32,000 bases of DNA, taken from positions 1,200,001 through 1,232,000 of the forward strand of contig NC_010655.1 in NCBI RefSeq assembly GCF_000020225.1. The letters run 5' to 3'. Numbering within the stretch: position 1 is the stretch's first letter; every line of letters starts with the position of its first letter. The notes under the pieces were generated by a model. That model saw only the letters and a list, made by a program, of their open reading frames with translations. It made no database searches and was not told the origin of the DNA. The translations under genes and the position numbers were made by a program. The DNA is from Akkermansia muciniphila ATCC BAA-835. Lineage in GTDB: Bacteria > Verrucomicrobiota > Verrucomicrobiia > Verrucomicrobiales > Akkermansiaceae. This document shows, piece by piece, positions 8,966-16,519 of this stretch.

Positions 8966-9196
8966 ATGGACCAGAAAACAACTTATTCCTACCAGCGCAC
9001 TCCGGGCCTTGACTGCCCCAAATGCGGGGTGTATTTCCCCACGACCATTCCGGACTTGCTGTCCGGCTCCATCAGGTGCCCTTATTGCGGCCTGACGCTT
9101 TACATTGACCGGAAAGAATCAGGCCATGCCATGCAGGCCCTGGAAAATTTCCAGAACGCATTAGACAAGCAGCTTCCCTCCGCCTCCCTGTCATGA
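8966..9196 (+). CDS. Zinc-ribbon miniprotein (CPxCG...CPxCG)
   Basis: 76 aa, 14 bp after the previous stop. Two Cys pairs, CPKCG and CPYCG, are spaced like a zinc ribbon. Its stop overlaps the next start (ATGA at 9193-9196). Confidence 0.6.
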   Translation: MDQKTTYSYQRTPGLDCPKCGVYFPTTIPDLLSGSIRCPYCGLTLYIDRKESGHAMQALENFQNALDKQLPSASLS

Positions 9197-9546
9197 AGAA
9201 ACCGTTGATTATCCTGTCCGCCGTGCTGTGCATGGTTCTGCCGTCCTTGTCTCCGGCGGAGATGCGGCAGCGGGAACCCCGCCAGCTTGCCGCCGCCTGG
9301 CAGGAAGTAAAGAAGCAGATAGCAGACGACGGGAAAACCATCCGTGTGAGGGACGGCATTCAAGCGCTTGAACTCCTGGCGGAACTGGGGATCTCTTCCG
9401 TTCCGGCGGACGGCGTCAGGCTGTCCCGCGGCAGTCTGACCATTGTGGTCACGCGTGGGAAGAAAGAGGACGGGATTTTTTACGTGCTGGCTGTTAAGGA
9501 AGAAGGGGGCGCAAGCCTGGAAGTGAAGATGGTTCCTCCTTCCTGA
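9193..9546 (+). CDS. Small secreted protein of unknown function
   Basis: 117 aa with a Sec-type signal-like N-terminus, MKKPLIILSAVLCMVLPSLSPA. Translationally coupled to the zinc-ribbon gene by a 4-nt overlap. Confidence 0.6.
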   Translation: MKKPLIILSAVLCMVLPSLSPAEMRQREPRQLAAAWQEVKKQIADDGKTIRVRDGIQALELLAELGISSVPADGVRLSRGSLTIVVTRGKKEDGIFYVLAVKEEGGASLEVKMVPPS

Positions 9547-9563
9547 TTTGCCGGAGAGGAAGG

Positions 9564-9884
9564 TCATTCATTTTCAAAATCCCACACGCGGCGGCGGGCG
9601 TTTTTCTTCGTCCGCCCGCCGTTGGCTTTCCGGAAGGGGTCAAAAAGAGAGTCCAGCCCGTTCCCTTTCAGCAGCAGGCACTGTTCCATCAGACGGCCCA
9701 GTTTCCCTTTCGGGAACCCTTTGGCCTGGAACCAGGCCAGATATTCCTGGGGGACGTCCATCAGCGGACATCCCTTGGGCGGGTATTTGGCAGGACCGTA
9801 CATGCCGAAAGGGATATGGGTCTGCGCGATTTCCTCCACCAGTTTTCTCAAATCTTCCGCATCTGGTATTTCAGGATCGTTCAT
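9564..9884 (-). CDS. DUF3820-like protein (family annotated as putative quorum-sensing-regulated virulence factor)
   Basis: The ORF track extends to 10040, but that N-terminal extension is R/P/G-rich and overlaps the upstream hydrolase gene. Met at 9884 gives MNDPEIPD...IPFGMYG...VPQEYLAWFQAKGFPKGKLGRLM, which is typical of DUF3820. Its ATG overlaps the upstream stop (ATGA at 9881-9884). Confidence 0.7.
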   Translation of the reverse strand: MNDPEIPDAEDLRKLVEEIAQTHIPFGMYGPAKYPPKGCPLMDVPQEYLAWFQAKGFPKGKLGRLMEQCLLLKGNGLDSLFDPFRKANGGRTKKNARRRVWDFENE

Positions 9885-10585
9885 AGGTTTTGCAGAATAA
9901 ATGGTTGCAGGCATTCCGCCAGCCTTTCCGGCGTTTCCAGGGGAAGCCGGTGGCCGGCATGAGGGATGATGACGGCTTGCCCTCCTGCCATGCGCCGCGC
10001 CAGGGCGCTGAATCTGGCATCGCGCTGTCCGGCAATCCACAGCTGGGGAACAGGGGATTGCTTCAAAAGCGGGGCCAGGTTTTCCTGTGCGCCCGCGGAC
10101 CAGTCAATAAAGGCGCGGGAGATGGATTTGCGCCACGGTTTCAGGGAAGAACGGTCCGGAGGCGGCGGACTGCCTTCAAATACGCCCTGGGCATCCCATT
10201 CCTTCAAAAAATTTTCCCAAGATGCGGAAAGGCATTGGACGGCCCATTCCGCATCCTTCGCCCGCCGCGCCGCCCGTTCCTCTTCATGTTCCAGGCCGGG
10301 ATTGGCGCTGACGAATATGGCTCCTTTCCAGAGAGGGGGATGGGCCAAAACGGCCTGCATGGCCAACCTGCCCCCCAGGGAATAGCCGCAGATGAGGGGA
10401 TGACGATCCTGGGAGGCTATTTCGGAACAAAGCACGCGCCCCATATCCTTCAGGCTTTTGGGGCAGCATTCCAGATACCTCCAGAGGTTCAGGGCGCGAG
10501 CCTCCACTCCTCCGGCACGAAGAAAATCCATGACGGGTTTCCAATCCGCCGGAGAACCCAGATTGCCGTGCAGAAGCCAAAGCAT
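9881..10585 (-). CDS. Alpha/beta-fold hydrolase (MenH-like serine hydrolase)
   Basis: 234 aa. N-terminal LLHGNLGS oxyanion-type motif, GYSLGG nucleophile elbow, and a C-terminal HAGH catalytic His region. Confidence 0.8.
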   Translation of the reverse strand: MLWLLHGNLGSPADWKPVMDFLRAGGVEARALNLWRYLECCPKSLKDMGRVLCSEIASQDRHPLICGYSLGGRLAMQAVLAHPPLWKGAIFVSANPGLEHEEERAARRAKDAEWAVQCLSASWENFLKEWDAQGVFEGSPPPPDRSSLKPWRKSISRAFIDWSAGAQENLAPLLKQSPVPQLWIAGQRDARFSALARRMAGGQAVIIPHAGHRLPLETPERLAECLQPFILQNL

Positions 10586-10601
10586 GGTCGGAACCGTCTT
10601 T

Positions 10602-11207
10602 CTATTTGACGCCGTAGCCGGCGAGGCCGTTCATAAACATCTGGACGGAAATCATGATGAGCACCATGCCCATCATCCGTTCCAAGGCGATTGTCCCTTT
10701 TTCTCCCAGCAGACGCAGGAACTTCTGGGCGATGAAAAGCACCATTCCGGAGAGGAACCAGGCGGTCACGATGGCCCCGGCATAGGTCATCTGGGAAATG
10801 CTGTCCGGAGTCTGGGAGGCGTGCAGCATAATGATGGACAGGGAAGAGGGGCCGGCCATCAGGGGCATGGCGATGGGAACAATGAAGGGTTCGTCTTTTC
10901 CGTCCGCTCGTCCGGAAGAAGAAAGCATATCCTTGGCGGGGAAGACCATGCCCAGCGCTACGAGAAACAGCAGGATGCCTCCGGAAATGCTCAGGGTGGA
11001 AGGTTCCAGCCCCAGCAGGTTCAGCAGGAATTTTCCGGAAAAGAAGAAAAGGAGCAGCAGGCTCAACGCAAATACAAGCTCCCGTGTCAGAATAGCCTTC
11101 TGCTGGGCGGGCGAGTATTTTTTCAGCATTCCCTGGATCATGGGCGCCAGACCCACCGGGTCGATGACGATGAACAGAAGAATAACAGTGGAAAGGAAGT
11201 CCTGCAT
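10602..11207 (-). CDS. MarC-family (UPF0056) integral membrane protein
   Basis: 201 aa, multi-pass hydrophobic. N-terminus FLSTVILLFIVIDPVGLAPMI is typical of MarC/NAAT-family proteins. Confidence 0.85.
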   Translation of the reverse strand: MQDFLSTVILLFIVIDPVGLAPMIQGMLKKYSPAQQKAILTRELVFALSLLLLFFFSGKFLLNLLGLEPSTLSISGGILLFLVALGMVFPAKDMLSSSGRADGKDEPFIVPIAMPLMAGPSSLSIIMLHASQTPDSISQMTYAGAIVTAWFLSGMVLFIAQKFLRLLGEKGTIALERMMGMVLIMISVQMFMNGLAGYGVK

Positions 11208-11373
11208 GGGATATGCCCCGTTGTAAACGATACGGGCGTGTACGTCAAAGGGAACCGCCAGCAGTGGAAATTTTCTCTGCCCGGATTGCTATTTTCTTCA
11301 CCAGCGCAGGAGCCGGGCCTTTATGCCTGGAAAGCGATTTGAGGAATTCTGGGGAAACTTTGCGTAGGAGACC

Positions 11374-11402
11374 ATAGCTTTTTAATAAAACAGAAAAGCT
11401 AT
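11374..11402 (-). terminator. Possible hairpin at the 3' end of the 11402..11977 gene
   Basis: ATAGCTTTT (11374-11382) pairs with AAAAGCTAT (11394-11402) as a 9-bp AT-rich stem. The stem reaches the stop codon. There is no clean U-tract, so this call is weak. Confidence 0.3.
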
Positions 11403-11977
11403 TAAGGCAAGGCTCCTTTGGGAGACCGGCTCACTGTTTCAAAATCTGCTTTCCCTACATACTCCCTTCGAACACCGGAGTTCGCAAATCCATCCTTGAA
11501 TCTGACTTCAAGCTCGTACCTCTTGTTATTGCGAAGGTGCTCTAAATACGTCAGCAACAAATAAGCTTCCTGGATGGGAACTTCATGCTTTTCTCCCGGC
11601 TGCAACGTAATGAAACGTATGGAAAACGGTAGACGTTCAACTGTATACAGGGGACTATACCAAGCTAAAGGCTTCTTTCCATCGCTTATTACGCTCCCTA
11701 TACACCCAATTCTTTTCCCGCCTTCCTTTCGCCATATTTCGATGTGGATATTAGGGCTATGATCCTTCAGGGGATAAAAGTCGTCGAACAGGCGCACGGT
11801 CTTTTCGCCCTTGTTCGTGAACACCAGCTTGAAGTCAGGGAACGTCTCTCTTGTGTCAAACCGGGTCTTTTCCATCACCACGGAACATTCCACTCCGTTG
11901 TCGGCCATGTCCCCCCACGCCGCAGCATGGAGGGACAGGTTTGCCAGAAGTATTAAATACCGGAAGATTTTTTTCAT
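11402..11977 (-). CDS. Secreted beta-sandwich-like protein, paralogous to the C-terminal domain of the upstream PA14/HExxH protein
   Basis: Met at 11977 gives the signal peptide MKKIFRYLILLANLSLHAAAWG. This ATG overlaps the upstream stop (ATGA at 11974-11977). Three motifs (KLVFTNKGEKTVRL, LQPGEKHEVPI, YELEVRF) are collinear with the C-terminus of the upstream protein. Confidence 0.65.
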   Translation of the reverse strand: MKKIFRYLILLANLSLHAAAWGDMADNGVECSVVMEKTRFDTRETFPDFKLVFTNKGEKTVRLFDDFYPLKDHSPNIHIEIWRKEGGKRIGCIGSVISDGKKPLAWYSPLYTVERLPFSIRFITLQPGEKHEVPIQEAYLLLTYLEHLRNNKRYELEVRFKDGFANSGVRREYVGKADFETVSRSPKGALP

Positions 11978-13614
11978 TGCAGCGCGAGCCTGGCCGTCGC
12001 CCGGAGCATCCCCCGGAAACAATCCTTACCCTGCTGATTATAGTAGCGCGTTTCCAGTTCACAAGAACATTGTTTCCAGCCTTCCAGATCGACTTCATCC
12101 AGACACACCGGAATCGTGACGCTGTATTCCTGGCCGGGGGCCAGTTCCCGGTAGTTCAAGGAACGATTGAAGGTTATTTTCCCGACTTTCCTGTTCAGGA
12201 CGCGGAAGTTCCCCCGTTCCGTCCTCAACACCGTCAGGAAGAAATAATCGGCTGTTTCGTCGTTGATTTCGTCCGGAATCCGGACAGGCTCGTTTCCTTC
12301 GTTGCGGAAGCGGACTGTGATTCTGCCCTCCCTGAACCGGGAGGTATCCGCAATGGAGAGGGTCAAGGGAGCCTGTTCCCCCGCAGCAGCCACGCTGCGG
12401 GCATACATGCCGTTGACGGGCGGAAGGAAACAGGGCGGTTCAATCGTTCCCGGTTCCGTGACTTCATCGGGTACCCTGCTCCATCCATTGGCCTTTGCCT
12501 GGGCAATAATCTTCCGGGTCGCCTCGTTCAGAACTTTTTGTCCGGCACAGTAGGGACGATCATTGGCATCATCCGGCAATACCAAGACATAGTTATAGAC
12601 AGCGTCAGAATACATATTCCTCAACTCGGTAACGAATGGCTGCATATTTTCCAGAAACTCTTCCATTTTCGGAACTTTTTCACAAGATTCATGCTTCATT
12701 TCAAGCGTATCCTGTATTCTCAAATTGTCCCAGTAGAATTGGAAGGCGTCATTAAATTCTCGGCGGTGGTGTTCCTCGTGGGCGAGGGATGCCTCCTGAG
12801 TATGCCATGCGCCGAGTCTATGAGACTGGTAACGGTTCATTTCATTGACAGCATCTATAGCTTCTTCTTCGGTGACAGGGGGATTTTTAAGGGCATCCCT
12901 GTATCCTCCCGTGCGCAAGAGAATCCTGGAACCGGCGGAAACTTGCTGCACGCGCAGTCTCCACTCGTCGAGCACTTCATCCTTGCAAGCCGTTACAAAA
13001 ATCTGGGGGGGAATGATATACGTTTCGCATATGCCTTCGCTTTCTTCAACGACAGGAGCAGGTTCTTCGAGCGTCACCTCCACTTTCCTGGACTCTTCAC
13101 AGGTGATGGTGGATTCCTTTTCAATCGTCCACAATTTGATTTTGGGGGACGGCGAGAATTCGCGTTTCATCGTCGAGTTGCCTTCATACTTCCCTGCCTG
13201 AATGGGTTCCCTGTCCATCGTGACGTTGAACGCGGCAGCGTTGTTGCTGACGGGGGGGTAGGCGTTGTTGGTCCACGACAGAGCCACCTTGTAATAGCCC
13301 GCTTTCAGGTATCTGGCACCAGTTGCCAGATTCAGCTTGCCGTTGGGCTTCGTTCCATCCTTCTCACAAAGTTTCTCGTTGGCAATGGAGATGCTGCCTG
13401 TGTCGTCGGCTTCCACGCCGAAATAATACAGGCCGTCTTCCTCGACCTTGATGAACATTTCCGGCGCTCCGGCGCAAGTGGCGTGCTCGCACGCCGAACC
13501 GTCAAAGTTGAACTCCATCGCGTCAACTCCGAGTTTCTGCGGGATGAGAGCCTGCTCCCCGTCGCAGATAAGCTTCGGGCCGACCGCCTTGTTCAGGGGT
13601 ATATAATTATTCAT
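11974..13614 (-). CDS. Large protein without a signal peptide: PA14-like N-terminal domain, central HExxH-motif region (candidate zinc hydrolase), C-terminal beta-sandwich-like domain
   Basis: The ORF runs to a TTG at 13659. The ATG at 13614 is preceded by AGGAA-type purine runs. PA14-like pattern GLYYFGVEADDTGSISIANE...YLKAGYYKVALSWTNNA. HEEHH is encoded at 12766-12780. Amino-acid composition is balanced, unlike the antisense ORF 11851..13644. Confidence 0.7.
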   Translation of the reverse strand: MNNYIPLNKAVGPKLICDGEQALIPQKLGVDAMEFNFDGSACEHATCAGAPEMFIKVEEDGLYYFGVEADDTGSISIANEKLCEKDGTKPNGKLNLATGARYLKAGYYKVALSWTNNAYPPVSNNAAAFNVTMDREPIQAGKYEGNSTMKREFSPSPKIKLWTIEKESTITCEESRKVEVTLEEPAPVVEESEGICETYIIPPQIFVTACKDEVLDEWRLRVQQVSAGSRILLRTGGYRDALKNPPVTEEEAIDAVNEMNRYQSHRLGAWHTQEASLAHEEHHRREFNDAFQFYWDNLRIQDTLEMKHESCEKVPKMEEFLENMQPFVTELRNMYSDAVYNYVLVLPDDANDRPYCAGQKVLNEATRKIIAQAKANGWSRVPDEVTEPGTIEPPCFLPPVNGMYARSVAAAGEQAPLTLSIADTSRFREGRITVRFRNEGNEPVRIPDEINDETADYFFLTVLRTERGNFRVLNRKVGKITFNRSLNYRELAPGQEYSVTIPVCLDEVDLEGWKQCSCELETRYYNQQGKDCFRGMLRATARLALQ

Positions 13615-14023
13615 GTTCCTGATCGTTTCCTGTTTGAGAACTAACCATTTAGCTCTCAAATGAACATAAGGAATTCCAAAAAGAACAACAACACGTCCCG
13701 GACGTGATGAAGGAAAAATCCCCGATTATCTCCAATAAAAATGGCGGATGCCATTCAGCACCAGCCATATATATGTTAATAGTTTGGAACGTATCGCTAC
13801 GCTTGTGTATGAATTAAGCTAGACCCTACAGGGGCTGGTAGCCCCGTTCCTCCTGCCGGATGAGTTGCCCCTCCGGGATACAGACTCTTTACATTTCCGT
13901 TTTCGGAAAAAGTGGGGTTTCTGAAATACGGATTCAAGGCAGTCGGGAAAAATAATACGGAAACGCCCGGCACGGAGGCTTGTGACGCCGGACGGGCATT
14001 GGATGGTATTTCCGTTCCCGGAG

Positions 14024-14431
14024 TTACAGAAGAAGGTCCTGGATGTTGTCCGAGGAGATGACGCCTGTTTCCGTGGAGGACAGTACGCAGAGGGCGTCTA
14101 CCAGGTTTTCCTGCCCCAGAGCCAGCCCGGCTTCTTCCACCAGCACATCGTCAATATTCAGGGTAGCGATGGAAAGGGGAGCCGTTTCCGGGGCAGAAGG
14201 TTCCATCAGGGCTGCAATGCCGATGACGGCAGCCACCAGGGCCGCCGCAGCAGCTCCCCAAATGCGGAAGGAATGCCGCTTGAAGTGATGAATGGATTCC
14301 ACCGGAACGGCGGGAGCGCATTCTTCCCTTTCAATACGCATCATGACCTTGCGGGCAAAATCGTCCCCCGGCGCAGGTTGGGAGGCATGTCCCAGAATCT
14401 GCCAGAGTTTTGTATCGTCCTGTTCGTTCAT
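14024..14431 (-). CDS. Single-pass membrane protein (anti-sigma-factor-like topology, no sigma factor nearby)
   Basis: 135 aa, ATG start. One central hydrophobic helix (IWGAAAAALVAAVIGIAALM). Last gene of a same-strand cluster. Confidence 0.55.
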   Translation of the reverse strand: MNEQDDTKLWQILGHASQPAPGDDFARKVMMRIEREECAPAVPVESIHHFKRHSFRIWGAAAAALVAAVIGIAALMEPSAPETAPLSIATLNIDDVLVEEAGLALGQENLVDALCVLSSTETGVISSDNIQDLLL

Positions 14432-14498
14432 GGTTGTGGTTCCGCTGAGGGTTCTATGAAGAAAAACACCGGAAGATGGGTCCGGTTTCTTGCCGGCG

Positions 14499-15464
14499 TC
14501 ATTTTTCCCGTTCTGCCGCCTGTCTGATGACGGGGGCCAGTACGGCGGCGATGCGTGCGTAACCGGCCGCAGAAGGGTGCAGTCCGTCGCTGGAAAGCTC
14601 TTCCGGGACGTATCCGTCGCTATTAGCCATGACGCGTCCCGGTTCCGTATAAATGAAATTTTCTTCCGCGGCCAGGCGATTCAGGAGGAGATTGATGCCG
14701 GCAATGCGTTCCGCCGTACCTTCCCGGGCGCTGTTGCGCGGGTAAAATCCCTGGAGGATGATGACGGCTTTTGCCAGTTTGCCGGTGATTTCCCGGCAGA
14801 CGGCACGAATGCCTTCCAGGATTTCCCCGTCCGTGTTTTCCGCAAGGTTGTTCGTGCCCAGGAGCACCACGCAAACGGCATTGTCTTCCGCACCGTCTAG
14901 TTCTCCGTGGCGGAGCCGCCACAGGGCGTTTTCCACCCGGTCGTAGCCAAACCCCAGATTGACCGCCCGCATTCCCGCCGTGCACAGGTTCCATGTTTCC
15001 GGGGATTTTTGCAAAATGTCCCGGTGCGGTTCATCCACGGGCGCACCTCCCCAGAAATGCGTGATGGAGTCTCCGATGAAGAGGAGGTCCGGGTGTGTTT
15101 CGCGCACGATGCGGCATGCGGCTTCATGCCGGGACGCCCAGTCGTAAATCATGAAGTCCCGGTCCTGGGTGCAGGGAATCAGCGTGGAGGGTACGGCCCG
15201 GGCGGGAGGAGGTCCGGGCATGATGAAGGTTTCCGGGGCTGTAATGCCGCGCTTTCCCCGGAACAGGCGGAAGCGGATGCGCGCGCCGGGCGGGGCCTGC
15301 ACCGGAGCCAGATAGCGGCCCTGCGTGCAGAGCATGCGGGGAGAGTCCGCATTCACGTCTATTCGGATGACGGCTTCCGGGGGAGCGTTCACCGCGGTAA
15401 GTACCAGTTCTCCCGCCTCATTCAGGGAGGCGCGGATTCCGGGGGGTGGGGATGATTCTGTCAT
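14499..15464 (-). CDS. SGNH/GDSL-family hydrolase (esterase, possibly a carbohydrate O-acetylesterase) with an N-terminal extra domain
   Basis: SGNH blocks are present: FIGDSITHFWGG (block I Ser), LLGTNNL (block III) and SDGLHPS (block V Asp/His). Its ATG overlaps the upstream stop (ATGA at 15461-15464). Confidence 0.8.
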   Translation of the reverse strand: MTESSPPPGIRASLNEAGELVLTAVNAPPEAVIRIDVNADSPRMLCTQGRYLAPVQAPPGARIRFRLFRGKRGITAPETFIMPGPPPARAVPSTLIPCTQDRDFMIYDWASRHEAACRIVRETHPDLLFIGDSITHFWGGAPVDEPHRDILQKSPETWNLCTAGMRAVNLGFGYDRVENALWRLRHGELDGAEDNAVCVVLLGTNNLAENTDGEILEGIRAVCREITGKLAKAVIILQGFYPRNSAREGTAERIAGINLLLNRLAAEENFIYTEPGRVMANSDGYVPEELSSDGLHPSAAGYARIAAVLAPVIRQAAEREK

Positions 15465-16519
15465 GAGACGTCGCGCATGTGCTGGCGCATTTGCCTGCGT
15501 CCGATGGAGTTCGGCCCGCGGCTGTCCTGCATGCAGTAGTTCACGGGGCGGCTCTGGGAGGCGCCGTGGGGAGCGCCCAGGCGCTTGTCCGGCTCTGACG
15601 GCAGCAGATGCACCACTCTCTTGTTTTTCCAGACCAGCCAGAGCACCACTATGGCCGCCAGTGCGGAGATGTGCAGGATGATGCCGGCTACATTGGCCAG
15701 GGAGAAGGTCATCCAGGCTTTCATCATGGCATGGAGGGAGGATTCTTGCGTTTCCTCCGGTTCCTGGATGGTGATGTTGGCTTCCGGGATGCTGGCAGGG
15801 TTGTCAGGCTCCAGTGCGGGAAGGGTGGGCCTGGGGGCGGATGCCATGTCCGCCTCCGTTCTTCTGGCCAGGGAAATCATGGCCTCAATGAGTTCGTCCT
15901 GCGGATTGGTGAATCGGGAGGCGTCCTGCTTCACCTGGTACAGGAGATCCCTCCGTCCCGCATCCCCAAGCTGGGAGCTCAGCTCCGGATCCAGTGCGAT
16001 CTGGGCGCTTTTAATATCCCCCATGTGGAAATGGAGCAGCAGGTTGCGCTCCTTGTTCCTGAATATCTGGCGGGCGATGGTGGGAGCATTGACGGAAGGG
16101 GGGACTTTCTGCCCGGCCGCGAAGATGCTGACGAACAGGTTGACGTTGTAGCGGGATTTGATGAGCTTGATAAGTTCGATGACGTCATTGCTTTCCACTT
16201 CCGCAAGAAGCTTCTGGGGGTCAATCAGGCCTGTGGAGGTGCGGATGTAGTCCGGCAGGAAATATTCATTGACGTCCGTAAAGTCCTCCGGAATGGGATC
16301 CACTGCGGGGGAGTTTGCATTGGCGGCGGGTTCCGGCATGGGGTCGGAGGGAGCCGCTGCCGCATCCACAGGGGGCAGCAAGGGAGGGTTGGCATTCCAC
16401 CACGCGCCTCTCATCAGGGATTGCTGGTCGCGGTTGGTCCATTTCAGGGCGGGTAATTCCTGGGCGGGAGCCGGAAAAATGGACGCCGCCAGCAGGCATG
16501 GGAACAAAAAGGGGTTCAT
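15461..16519 (-). CDS. Secreted/membrane-anchored protein with a TPM-like domain
   Basis: 352 aa. Signal peptide MNPFLFPCLLAASIFPAPAQE. C-proximal TM helix (ANVAGIILHISALAAIVVLWLVW). The central region loosely matches the TPM pattern (LIDPQKLLAEVE...NLFVSIF...). Strong GGAGGAGG Shine-Dalgarno just upstream of the ATG. ATGA overlap with the upstream gene. Confidence 0.6.
   Translation of the reverse strand: MNPFLFPCLLAASIFPAPAQELPALKWTNRDQQSLMRGAWWNANPPLLPPVDAAAAPSDPMPEPAANANSPAVDPIPEDFTDVNEYFLPDYIRTSTGLIDPQKLLAEVESNDVIELIKLIKSRYNVNLFVSIFAAGQKVPPSVNAPTIARQIFRNKERNLLLHFHMGDIKSAQIALDPELSSQLGDAGRRDLLYQVKQDASRFTNPQDELIEAMISLARRTEADMASAPRPTLPALEPDNPASIPEANITIQEPEETQESSLHAMMKAWMTFSLANVAGIILHISALAAIVVLWLVWKNKRVVHLLPSEPDKRLGAPHGASQSRPVNYCMQDSRGPNSIGRRQMRQHMRDVS

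Noticed and set aside
9885-10040. N-terminal extension of ORF 9564..10040 (158-aa form)
   Set aside because: The extension is R/P/G/A-rich and overlaps the 3' end of the hydrolase gene in another frame. The internal Met at 9884 forms an ATGA overlap with the hydrolase stop and begins the DUF3820-like sequence.
11851-13644. 597-aa plus-strand ORF opposite the PA14/HExxH gene
   Set aside because: Its composition is F/R/G-rich and irregular, with no motifs. The minus-strand frame has balanced composition, domain-like patterns and an ATGA coupling to the next gene.
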